Origin: Bacillota bacterium
GTDB lineage: Bacteria; Bacillota; Clostridia; Christensenellales; CAG-138
Length of the DNA stretch: 38,141 bases
Direction of reading: 5' to 3'
NCBI GenBank assembly: GCA_016288175.1
Contig: JAEEYN010000222.1
Coordinates: forward strand, 1 to 38,141
Translations under genes and position numbers: made by a program
The notes under the pieces: model-generated
The model's database searches: none
Seen by the model: the letters and a program-made list of their open reading frames with translations, nothing else
Told to the model about the DNA's origin: nothing
Shown here: positions 17,540 to 25,951 of the stretch, piece by piece
How the letters are laid out: each line of letters begins with the position of its first letter
Position numbering within the stretch: position 1 is the first letter of the stretch

Positions 17540-18276
17540 TACTTTTCTCCTTTTGTATTGTTTTCGTCGGCAACCTCGACGCAGTAGCCGCGGCGGCCGC
17601 ATTCGGGGCAGGTCAGTTTGCGCGTTTTCGGCGTATGCGAGGCCCAGAACATCTGCTTGAAGGTCGGCTTGAAGACCTTGTGGCATTCCGGGCAGATATA
17701 CGCGACGCTGCGATAATAGTAGCGGCTGCACCAGATCGCCCACGGAATGGCGATGACCAGCGCGGCAGCGTACGCCCACCACCAGCCCTTGATGATCCAG
17801 AGCGCGACGCCGGCGGCCTCCAGAAGGAAGATCGGGATGGCCGAAAGGAGCATTGTTCTGCGGGTTTTTTTGAGATCGTTCTTGTTGTTCATAGTGTACG
17901 CTATGTCGCCGATCGATTCAACGGAAACTTCGTTCGCTTGCCGAAGACCGCTTTTCAGCTGCTCGAGCTTTTCGAGCTTTTCCTTTCTTTCGCCGATCTC
18001 CGCTTTCAGCGTCTGCTCCTGCTGTTCGAGCAGCAGCGAGATCACGTTCGGAGCATTGTCCTCCGAGAGGATCTTCGAAATGCCGTCGAGCGAGATGCCG
18101 AGCTCGCGGAGGAAGCAGACCGTCTTCATCTTCTGAAGATCGCTCTCCGAATAGAGCCTCCTTCCGCCCTCGGTGAGCTCCGACGGGGAAAGGATCCCGC
18201 GGGTGTCGTAATACTGGACAGTTCGTACGGTGACGGAGCAGAGCTTCGCGATCTCTCCCGTTGTGTATTTGGACAT
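17539..18276 (-). CDS. MerR-family transcriptional regulator with C-terminal two-TM segment and CxxC...CxxC zinc ribbon
   Basis: MerR HTH YTTGEIAKLCSVTVRTVQYYDTRGIL, then a coiled-coil linker. Hydrophobic stretches LLSAIPIFLLEAAGVALWII and WAYAAALVIAIPWAIW. Zinc-ribbon cysteines CPECHKVF...CPECGRRG. GGAGGTG RBS before the ATG at 18276. Confidence 0.85.
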   Translation of the reverse strand: MSKYTTGEIAKLCSVTVRTVQYYDTRGILSPSELTEGGRRLYSESDLQKMKTVCFLRELGISLDGISKILSEDNAPNVISLLLEQQEQTLKAEIGERKEKLEKLEQLKSGLRQANEVSVESIGDIAYTMNNKNDLKKTRRTMLLSAIPIFLLEAAGVALWIIKGWWWAYAAALVIAIPWAIWCSRYYYRSVAYICPECHKVFKPTFKQMFWASHTPKTRKLTCPECGRRGYCVEVADENNTKGEK

Positions 18277-18299
18277 AGCTTTCACCTCCTTCGCCGCAT

Positions 18300-18330
18300 A
18301 CTTTAGCTCATTACGCTGCGTCACAAGCAA
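18300..18330 (-). promoter_or_regulatory. Candidate MerR-type promoter with 19-nt spacer
   Basis: Minus strand reads TTGCTT-19 nt-TAAAGT, about 8 nt upstream of the RBS. It overlaps the inverted repeat CTGCGTCA (18316-18323) / TGACGCAG (18335-18342). Confidence 0.4.
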
Positions 18331-18347
18331 CCCCTGACGCAGGGGGA

Positions 18348-18431
18348 TTTTTCGAGAAAACTTGTATTTTTCGGAAAAAACACCGGAATCAAGCACTGCG
18401 ATCGGCGAACAGGCTTTGTTTTTCCGAAAAA
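18348..18431. promoter_or_regulatory. Three palindromic TTTTTC-N(1-2)-GAAAAA boxes (CodY-box-like)
   Basis: The boxes are TTTTTCGAGAAAA (18348-18360), TTTTTCGGAAAAA (18367-18379) and TTTTTCCGAAAAA (18419-18431). All sit in the divergent merR/kinase intergenic region. Confidence 0.4.
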
Positions 18432-18533
18432 ACCACTTCCCTGATATTTTAGCCTATTCATCGCCGGATTTCAACTCCTTCGGCATTAATTCGGCAACCG
18501 CCCTCCGTTTCATGCGGAGTTTCCGAATTACTC

Positions 18534-18562
18534 TTGCATTTATTATAATTATTCTGTATAAT
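18534..18562 (+). promoter_or_regulatory. Sigma-A-type promoter for the canonical kinase operon
   Basis: TTGCAT-17 nt-TATAAT, about 50 nt upstream of the ATG at 18616. Confidence 0.65.
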
Positions 18563-18615
18563 AGTTTGAAGGATATATTTATTTTCACAAGTATTGCACA
18601 GACGGAGTGTTGTGT

Positions 18616-20442
18616 ATGGAAAGCATTGATCTAAAGAACATTTGGCCTGAATGGAAGATCGAAGGAGCGCCTCTCGGCAGAGGTTCATACGGTACCGTTT
18701 ATAAAGCTGTCCGAAACAACTACGGTATCGAGACCGTATCGGCGATCAAGGTTATCTCCATCCCGCGGGATGAATACGAGGTCGATTCGCTTGTTGCCGA
18801 AGGTTATACGATCGACGATTCCAAATCCGTTTACCGCAGCGTTGTCGATGAATGCATCAATGAGATCAGCATCATGGATTCATTCAAAGGCACCACGAAC
18901 ATCGTCAGCGTTGAGGATTACAAGGTCGTTGAAAAGAAGGACCGCTTCGGATGGGATATCTACATCCGGATGGAGCTTCTGACTCCGCTCACAAAACGCC
19001 TTGCCGAAGGTGAATTGACGGAGAAGGAAACGGCGAAGCTTGGCATCGATATCTGCACCGCGCTTGAGCTTTGCCACAGCAAAAACGTTATCCACCGCGA
19101 TATCAAACCGCAGAATATTTTCGTCAACGATTATAGCAGCTATAAACTCGGCGATTTCGGGATCGCCAGGTCCGTTGACAGCGTTTCAAAGGGGCTTTCG
19201 CTCCGGGGCACGCTCAGCTACATAGCGCCCGAGGTCGAACGCAGCGAAGAATACGATAAAAGTGTCGACATCTATTCGCTCGGGCTTGTGCTTTATTTCT
19301 GTCTGAATAAGCGGAGGCTGCCTTTCCTTGATACGAGCAAGAAGCTCCTCAGCCCGACCGAACGCGATACGGCAAATACTCGCCGTCTTTCCGGCGAACC
19401 TCTTCCCCCGCCCTGCAGCGCGTCGCCGCTCATGGCGGACATCATCCTCTGCGCCTGCGATCCCGATCCGAAGCAGCGTTTCAGTACCGCGTCGGCGATG
19501 AAGACCGCGCTGCAGGCCGTAATCGCGCAGCAGGAAGCTCCTGCCTGTCCCGCCAAGCCCGCTGCAAAAGTTCCCGCCGGAGTTAATGCTTCTGCTGCAC
19601 CGAAGCCGACGCCCGCACCGGCAGCAAACCGGGTTTCCCCCGCCTCGCTGCAGCGAACTGTCAATTTATCCACCGCGACGCAGCAAACTGCTCAAACTTT
19701 CGTGCCGCAGCAGACACCTGTCTATACCGCCGCGCCGCAGCCAGTTCAAAACAGGCAAAAGAAAAGATCCAAACTCCCGCTTATTATCGGATTACTGCTC
19801 GCCCTCTGCCTGCTCATCGGCGCTGCGCTGATAATTATTCCGAAGCTTATAGGCGGTTCCGGTGATACTTCCGCCAATTCCGATAATCCCGGTATTAGCT
19901 CCGTCAGCACCTCACCCGGCGAAACAGCAGCACCCGGTGAAGCGCAGAATACGCCGATACCTACTGCAGCGGTCAAGCTCTCCGACACCAATGCTCTGTA
20001 CAATCTCAGCCCGGGATCCTATAAAACCGGAGATGATGAGCATGCGTCCTTCGAGATGGGTTCAAGCACCGTGGACGACGGCTTCGCGATCTTCTGCAAA
20101 GATGCGGGATACTGGAATACTTACGGTTATTTTTCAATTGATCTTGACCGAAAGTATTCTTCCGTCACTTTTGATATCGGCCACGTCAACGGCACCAATA
20201 TGGGAGATATCTTTTTAACGGTTCATCTTGATGATACGCAGCTTGGATACGATCAGATCGAAGGGCTCGCGGAAGACGGCAAGATCAGTATGCATACCGC
20301 TTCCCAAACAATTACAATACCCGTTCAGGGCGTAAAGACGCTGTTTATTGAGCTTTCTACACCCAGGCACTACACATCCAACAAGAATGCGCTGGATCCG
20401 TATTACGGCTTCGCGAATTTTTACCTTACTCCGAAAGCATAA
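18616..20442 (+). CDS. Ser/Thr protein kinase (canonical Hanks type), single-pass membrane, with a beta-sandwich-like (NPCBM/galactose-binding-like?) ectodomain
   Basis: GRGSYGTVY, SAIKV, HRDIKPQN (19093-19116), DFG and APE are all intact. TM helix LPLIIGLLLALCLLIGAALIII. The C-terminal 150 aa is non-repetitive. ACGGAG RBS. Confidence 0.9.
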   Translation: MESIDLKNIWPEWKIEGAPLGRGSYGTVYKAVRNNYGIETVSAIKVISIPRDEYEVDSLVAEGYTIDDSKSVYRSVVDECINEISIMDSFKGTTNIVSVEDYKVVEKKDRFGWDIYIRMELLTPLTKRLAEGELTEKETAKLGIDICTALELCHSKNVIHRDIKPQNIFVNDYSSYKLGDFGIARSVDSVSKGLSLRGTLSYIAPEVERSEEYDKSVDIYSLGLVLYFCLNKRRLPFLDTSKKLLSPTERDTANTRRLSGEPLPPPCSASPLMADIILCACDPDPKQRFSTASAMKTALQAVIAQQEAPACPAKPAAKVPAGVNASAAPKPTPAPAANRVSPASLQRTVNLSTATQQTAQTFVPQQTPVYTAAPQPVQNRQKKRSKLPLIIGLLLALCLLIGAALIIIPKLIGGSGDTSANSDNPGISSVSTSPGETAAPGEAQNTPIPTAAVKLSDTNALYNLSPGSYKTGDDEHASFEMGSSTVDDGFAIFCKDAGYWNTYGYFSIDLDRKYSSVTFDIGHVNGTNMGDIFLTVHLDDTQLGYDQIEGLAEDGKISMHTASQTITIPVQGVKTLFIELSTPRHYTSNKNALDPYYGFANFYLTPKA

Positions 20443-20474
20443 CCTTTCGCCAAATAACATGAAAGGAAAACGCT

Positions 20475-21761
20475 ATGTCCGAAGAATTTGAAAACAAGCT
20501 TGATTTTACGGAAAACGCCCGGGAAGCGCTCTATTCCGCCGTGGACAGCGAGGGTTTTATTGATAACGACGCGGAGATGATCTATGATGTTATCTCAAAG
20601 CGTCTGAAATTCATTCCTTTCGGCGAATACCTGAAGCGCTACATCTACCGCAGCGCAGGCATTGAAGGACCGTTTGAAGAAGTCGGGCTCGATATCTACC
20701 GCCGGATCATCAGGGATTCCTTTGCAGACACGGATACCCCGCCCTCCTTTGAGCCGACTTCGGCGAAACTCAGCGCGCTTTCGAAGAACTGGCTGACTCA
20801 GCAGTCCGTCAGCCGCAAAGTCGTGTTTCTTCTCGGTTTCGGTCTCGGAATGCCCGAAAACGATGTCGATCGTTTCCTTACAAAAGCGCTCCGGGAGCGC
20901 GGTTTCAACGCGAAGGATCCTTTCGAGATCATCTGCTGGCACTGTTTCAGGAAAGGCTACGGCTATCCGAAATTTAACGAACTTTGGAATTCGTTTCTGA
21001 AAGCTTCGCCGCAGGGTTCCGCAGGGCGGCATCTGCTCGACGAATTGACAGTTGCCGTGCGCGGTAAAGTCGATACGCTCAGCGAGGATGATGCGCTCAT
21101 TGCTTTTGCATCGCAGTTCAAAACGAAGGATAACCGGCCCAAGCTTTCCGTTTCAACACGCAAATGCTTTGACGGGCTTTTCGCCGAGGCAAAGCGCATC
21201 GTTGCGGAGATCTATACCCGAGGCGAAGAGGAGCGCGCGCGGATCGAGGCCGCCAAAGTCGAAGACAGGCTGTTGAGGGATGACCGTGTTTCCGACAGCG
21301 AACGCAATGAAAGGATCCGGCGGATCAGGGCGGAAGCGCGTATCTATAAGCCCGAGGATATCACCGAAAGCGATCTTGAGCACATCATCTCTTCCGCGAT
21401 CCCCGTTGACCGCCATGGCAACCTGACTCCGAGCAAGGCTTCCGCGCTCTCCGGCCGTTTCGACGGCAAACGCTTCAGCCGCCAGCATATCAACGATATC
21501 CTCGAAGGCAACACCGAAGCTACGCGTTTCGACATAATAACGCTGAATTTCTTCATCATGTCGCAGTCGCTTGACCAGCACCCAAATAAGCGCGAGCGGT
21601 ACTTTTCATTCATCAATTCGACAAACAGGCTTCTCGAAGGCTGCGGTCTCGGCGAGCTCTATATTTCGAATCCCTATGAATGTTTCGTACTCATGTGCCT
21701 GCTCTCCGAAGATCCGCTCGGCACCTATGCCGACGTTTGGGAGCTTTCGTACGAAAACTGA
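20475..21761 (+). CDS. Hypothetical protein (428 aa), co-transcribed with the kinase
   Basis: 32-nt gap after the kinase stop with an AAAGGA RBS and no terminator between the genes. A terminator follows at 21775. I recognise no motif. Confidence 0.6.
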   Translation: MSEEFENKLDFTENAREALYSAVDSEGFIDNDAEMIYDVISKRLKFIPFGEYLKRYIYRSAGIEGPFEEVGLDIYRRIIRDSFADTDTPPSFEPTSAKLSALSKNWLTQQSVSRKVVFLLGFGLGMPENDVDRFLTKALRERGFNAKDPFEIICWHCFRKGYGYPKFNELWNSFLKASPQGSAGRHLLDELTVAVRGKVDTLSEDDALIAFASQFKTKDNRPKLSVSTRKCFDGLFAEAKRIVAEIYTRGEEERARIEAAKVEDRLLRDDRVSDSERNERIRRIRAEARIYKPEDITESDLEHIISSAIPVDRHGNLTPSKASALSGRFDGKRFSRQHINDILEGNTEATRFDIITLNFFIMSQSLDQHPNKRERYFSFINSTNRLLEGCGLGELYISNPYECFVLMCLLSEDPLGTYADVWELSYEN

Positions 21762-21774
21762 CAGAATCATAAAA

Positions 21775-21800
21775 CAAGGCCCTCCTTCCGGAAGGCCTTG
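21775..21800. terminator. Bidirectional rho-independent terminator
   Basis: CAAGGCCCTCC-ttcc-GGAAGGCCTTG flanked by AAAA and TTTCTTT, between convergent genes. Confidence 0.8.
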
Positions 21801-21818
21801 TTTCTTTATTCAACGTTT

Positions 21819-23228
21819 TTACACTGTTTTGATATGGTTTGAGAACGGCGAAGGCACAAGCGCTTTGGAGCCGTGCAGTTTCGAAAGCGTGAGACATTTG
21901 AGTGCTTTAAGCGGCCCGATCGGGGCGAATTCCATCGGATTGACCTTCATGAGATAGAACATCGCGGCGGCGGTATCGGCAAGGCTGTTGCATTTGCGGC
22001 TCAGGAAAACGTTCTTTTTCCCGAGGCGCTTGATGAGCTTTTCACCCACTTCGTTGATCGCGCAGTCGCCGACGATCAGAACTCTCCCCTTGATCGCGTC
22101 GATCTCCGCTTGGTCATGACCCTTACCCATTACCATCGTCCAGCCGCCCTTGCCGTTGTGGTCGCCGTAAAGTATCTGCAAAAGCGTCAGCGGATTGTTC
22201 CTGCATCCCTGCTTGCAGCAGCGTTCCTTCCCCATGATCACCTTCACGTCTTCAGGGTAATAATCGTAGAGATCATACGGATATTTCTCCGTATACATGG
22301 AGATATCGCCTTCGATCGCGATGTTGTCAAGACTGCTTACGCCTTCCGAATAGCCGCGCTCCACGGCGTCGCGAAGGTGCGGAACATCGTCGAGCGTAAG
22401 TCCGAAGATCCTCGCTCCGACCATATCCGCCGCAACAACATTCTTGCCGCCGACAAGCACTTTTAAGGGCAGAACGGCTTTATCCGCAAGCGCGGTGACC
22501 GGATAATGCCCGTAGATGGTGCCCTCGACGCCTTCGATGAGCGTGAAATCGGGCCGGACATAACCGAGCACATCGATAAGCTTGTGGTGTAGATTGTAGT
22601 TGTGGTCAAAGCCGCGCGCAGACTGGCACGGGAACGCCCATTGGTTCTTCACGCCAAGCGTAACTCCCGCCATGGAATGCGTTTTGAGCTTCGGAAGGCT
22701 GATATAAAGGTTCTCGTCCCTGCCGTCGATAAGGTTGTCGACTACGAAGCGCGGCATACCGAATTTCGTAACGAAATAACCGTCCGGATCCTCCGAAGCG
22801 GGCTTTTTGCCGCGGAATTCGAATTCGACTGTTTTATCCTCGTCGAGATAAACCGGGACCGCACCGGTGCGTTTGCAGATCCTGTCATAGCCGATCACTG
22901 CGAAAACGAGCCTTGTCGCGTTGCTTTGAGTCGAGTTTTCGAACAGGTAGATCTTCTTCGCCCCCTGCTCCTTCCAATAATCGATCACTGCTTCAACAAG
23001 CTCCGGGCGTGTATAGCAATAGGGCTGCCCGTCGATGCCGTTCGGCTTAAGGAAAACATTTCCGGAGGATTTGAGGAGCTTTTTGCCGCCAGCTTTTTCG
23101 AAGATCTCCCTCACGGCGGTGCGGAGCTCCGCTTTCATTTCGTCTCTCAGCGGCTTGAAGACCGTCCGGGTGCCCTCCCGATACGGGGTGTCGAGATGGC
23201 GGACATAAACTGTTGCCTTCTTTTCCAT
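21819..23228 (-). CDS. DUF362-domain protein with C-terminal extension
   Basis: VFLKPNG...RPELVEAVIDYWKEQGAKKIYLFE and LPKLKTHSMAGVTLGVKN resemble the DUF362 core. I chose the ATG at 23228 (MEKKATVYV). Confidence 0.6.
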   Translation of the reverse strand: MEKKATVYVRHLDTPYREGTRTVFKPLRDEMKAELRTAVREIFEKAGGKKLLKSSGNVFLKPNGIDGQPYCYTRPELVEAVIDYWKEQGAKKIYLFENSTQSNATRLVFAVIGYDRICKRTGAVPVYLDEDKTVEFEFRGKKPASEDPDGYFVTKFGMPRFVVDNLIDGRDENLYISLPKLKTHSMAGVTLGVKNQWAFPCQSARGFDHNYNLHHKLIDVLGYVRPDFTLIEGVEGTIYGHYPVTALADKAVLPLKVLVGGKNVVAADMVGARIFGLTLDDVPHLRDAVERGYSEGVSSLDNIAIEGDISMYTEKYPYDLYDYYPEDVKVIMGKERCCKQGCRNNPLTLLQILYGDHNGKGGWTMVMGKGHDQAEIDAIKGRVLIVGDCAINEVGEKLIKRLGKKNVFLSRKCNSLADTAAAMFYLMKVNPMEFAPIGPLKALKCLTLSKLHGSKALVPSPFSNHIKTV

Positions 23229-23232
23229 AAAC

Positions 23233-23436
23233 TTAACTGTCGTCCCTTGTGTTTTCCGCTCTTTGCGCTTCAAGGAAAGCTTTGTAATCGTCAGTAAAGC
23301 GGGTCTCCGGCGGATTGACGTCCGAAGGATCGAATCCAAGCTCCTCTGTGCCGTTTGTCAGCTTCCGTTCGACGGCTTTGCGGTTCTTTCTTTTTTTCTT
23401 AAGCGATCCGATAAAATCTTTGAGGCTCATTTTCAT
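23233..23436 (-). CDS. Small basic/acidic hypothetical protein (67 aa)
   Basis: AAAGGAGAAAG RBS 7 nt before the ATG. The stop lies 4 nt (23229-23232) before the DUF362 start. No homology recognised. Confidence 0.4.
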   Translation of the reverse strand: MKMSLKDFIGSLKKKRKNRKAVERKLTNGTEELGFDPSDVNPPETRFTDDYKAFLEAQRAENTRDDS

Positions 23437-23495
23437 TTTCTTTCTCCTTTAAAAGGCTGTCCGTTTATCATTGGCCCCGCAGTACTTGCTGCGTG

Positions 23496-24095
23496 TTAAA
23501 GCTGTTTTTCCCAGGCTCCGTTCTTTTCCGCAAAACCGAGTTTTTTCAGGTATGCTCTGTGCGTTTCCTCCGCTTCGGTATACTTCAGCAGGATCGGACG
23601 TTCCAGATTCGCGATCAGGAATTTTCCGACGGAACAGTCCCTGTACGCCGGTGTGGAATAATCGAGTGCGATATCCAGAACTCCTTCTTCCTCCTGCCCC
23701 ATAAGAATCCCCGCCGGATCCGTGCCGTGAAAGACCATATAAACGCGGTTAACCTGCATTTCGGCAAGATGCCTTCCGGGGAAGAATCGCTCGATATCCT
23801 TCTCATAGTTCTGCAAAAAGTCCTTCACATAAGCCTCGCCCTGCTGCAGAGAAAGCAGGCGATAGCTCGAGTCCTTGTGGCGCAGTTTCCATAGGTAATA
23901 AAGATTGATGCAGACAAGGCAGATGTTCATCACCGCCGTCGGATATGACCGGATGATCAGCGCATAAATAGCAAAGATCAGGCTGCCGACCGTGTTGACT
24001 ATTCGCAGTTTGACGACGGAGCTCATCAGGAACGATACGAGCACCAGCGCGGAACCCGCATAGCCTATCGCTTCTATCAATGTTGCTGTATCCAT
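23496..24095 (-). CDS. YgjV-like 3-TM membrane module fused to a C-terminal GNAT-like soluble domain
   Basis: The N-terminal 75 aa form three hydrophobic helices resembling half of E. coli YgjV. The C-terminal region carries ALDYSTPAYRDCSVGKFL...YLKKLGFAE. Confidence 0.55.
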   Translation of the reverse strand: MDTATLIEAIGYAGSALVLVSFLMSSVVKLRIVNTVGSLIFAIYALIIRSYPTAVMNICLVCINLYYLWKLRHKDSSYRLLSLQQGEAYVKDFLQNYEKDIERFFPGRHLAEMQVNRVYMVFHGTDPAGILMGQEEEGVLDIALDYSTPAYRDCSVGKFLIANLERPILLKYTEAEETHRAYLKKLGFAEKNGAWEKQL

Positions 24096-24275
24096 TTATA
24101 CCTCTCTCTGTGAACCCGAGTCCTGCCGCCTGGCAGTTTCTTTTGCGTTTATCCCTTCAGTATCTCGGCTGTCCCGGCTTGCCGCAAAGCAGCAGACCGA
24201 TAACCCCGTCAATTTCGCTTTACATAAAACTTTGTCAGCCTTATCAGTGCTCTGTTCAGACTCGGTCTTCGTTTT

Positions 24276-24737
24276 TCACGGTTTCAGTTCCGAAGCCCGT
24301 CTGCGTCCGGTGTCATGCTCCCCCGACCAGGAACTGAGCTCATATTCAAACGGCAAGAAATATCGGCCTTCATATCCGTATTTTTCCGATAAGTAAGAAA
24401 CCGACAGCATATCAAGATCCCCGATCTCAATCTCTCCTCCGAATCGGCGTTTCCCATCAAGATAGAATTCGAGCGGCAATACCTCGTCGTTCATGATCGA
24501 CTTGATATAATCAATGATCCCGTCCTCTTCATCCGCGCTGAAATGACGGTGCTGAGTTGAGAATTCGACAATATACTCCACGAAGCAGTCCTTCATATCC
24601 CGCGACCAATATTCCTCTTCAAACACGGACAGGCTCTTGGCGTTTTTGGGGTTTATGACCTTCAGTTCACTGCCTGTGACTTCTGCCGCAACATCATAAT
24701 CTGAAATTGCATTTTTAATTGCTTCAAGCATTTTCAT
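24276..24737 (-). CDS. Hypothetical acidic cytoplasmic protein
   Basis: ACGGAG RBS 8 nt before the ATG at 24737. No motif recognised. G+C is lower than in the flanks. Confidence 0.55.
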   Translation of the reverse strand: MKMLEAIKNAISDYDVAAEVTGSELKVINPKNAKSLSVFEEEYWSRDMKDCFVEYIVEFSTQHRHFSADEEDGIIDYIKSIMNDEVLPLEFYLDGKRRFGGEIEIGDLDMLSVSYLSEKYGYEGRYFLPFEYELSSWSGEHDTGRRRASELKP

Positions 24738-24899
24738 TTTTTCTACTCCGTTATCCAAACGAGGGGCGAGAAACTCTTCCGGACTGCGATGTGGGAGCGT
24801 GACGGCTTCGTATTGTCAAGATGCTTGGCTTTTTTTGTCTTTTTCGTTCAAACCGTCATCTTCCGGGGTTGTTTCTTACGCTGAAGGCATCCTTTGCTC

Positions 24900-25631
24900 T
24901 CAGCTCAGGAATCGCTTGAAATATCTTTCGTTCATGTTCAGACGGTCCATGATGATCATCACGTCGCAGCAGTTAAAATCGTAATCGATGAAGCCGTTCT
25001 GCGAGACCTTGGCGCCGATCTTGAGATATACCCGGAGCAGGCCGGGTATGCCTGCTTGGGACATTGTCAGGTCCTGCTCGGTTCCGTATGCAAAGGCGTT
25101 ATGCGTTGCCCGGACCTCGTGCTTGTCGGAGCGGTAGTGCTGGTTCAGAACGGAAGTGCACAAGGTATAGGCGTTAGGGTCCGTGCCGTGCAGGGAACAG
25201 GTGCCGAAAATGTAGCGCAGCTGCTGATCCCTGGCATAGGATACCACGCCCCGCCAGAGGAGGCCGAGTGTGCCGCCGGTCTGATGCTCGGGATGGATGA
25301 CTACCCGGCTGGCCTCGATGATGCCCTCGGGATCCGCCTTCAGAGAGGAGATGTCGAACTCCTCTTCGGATTTATACGGCCTTCCCTGAAGAGTCTTTTC
25401 CGTGGCCACCCGGTAGGTGCCGATGATCCGGCCGGTACTTTTTTTAATTGCCAGGATCGAATCGGAAAAAGCATCCCAGCCGTCGTCGTCCAGCCCGTCC
25501 CGATCGTTCTTCTTTTCATCGAATCTCTTCAGCAGGAACTCATAGCGAAGCCGCTGGACTTCCCGCAACTCCTCTTCGTTATCGTGATCCAGCAGTCTGA
25601 CCAGATATTCGTCTGTTTCAATGTGATCCAT
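24900..25631 (-). CDS. GNAT-fold N-acyltransferase (N-acyl amino acid synthase / OlsB-hemolysin-like, PF13444-type)
   Basis: The N-terminal ELREVQRLRYEFLL pattern and the overall 240-aa layout are typical of this family. Called from memory only. Confidence 0.6.
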   Translation of the reverse strand: MDHIETDEYLVRLLDHDNEEELREVQRLRYEFLLKRFDEKKNDRDGLDDDGWDAFSDSILAIKKSTGRIIGTYRVATEKTLQGRPYKSEEEFDISSLKADPEGIIEASRVVIHPEHQTGGTLGLLWRGVVSYARDQQLRYIFGTCSLHGTDPNAYTLCTSVLNQHYRSDKHEVRATHNAFAYGTEQDLTMSQAGIPGLLRVYLKIGAKVSQNGFIDYDFNCCDVMIIMDRLNMNERYFKRFLS

Positions 25632-25662
25632 GGGATCCCCCTTATAGTCCTATTGATTGAGC

Positions 25663-25929
25663 TTATACATCGCAGCCGTTGATAAATCCTGCGTTTGTAA
25701 AGCCGAATTTCTTTGCTATATGTTTTGTCGCTTCTTGTTCGGGCGAACATTCTATGACGGTCGACTTCCCCTCGGCAGCTGCTTTCCGAATGAGCTGTGC
25801 AGTCAATGTTTCGGCAAAACCGTTTCCCCGGAAGCTTTTATTCAAAACCCATTCGATCTCTTTGCTGTCCTCTTCATAATCTTGATCGTCAATCAGAGTC
25901 ATTATCCGCAGTGCTTCAGATGATTTCAT
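25663..25929 (-). CDS. Half-length GNAT fragment (C-terminal half: motif A onward)
   Basis: 88 aa carrying FRGNGFAETLTAQLIRKA...AKKFGF. The N-terminal helices and strands of a full GNAT are missing. Confidence 0.45.
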   Translation of the reverse strand: MKSSEALRIMTLIDDQDYEEDSKEIEWVLNKSFRGNGFAETLTAQLIRKAAAEGKSTVIECSPEQEATKHIAKKFGFTNAGFINGCDV

Positions 25930-25951
25930 GATTCTGAAATCTCAATGCACA

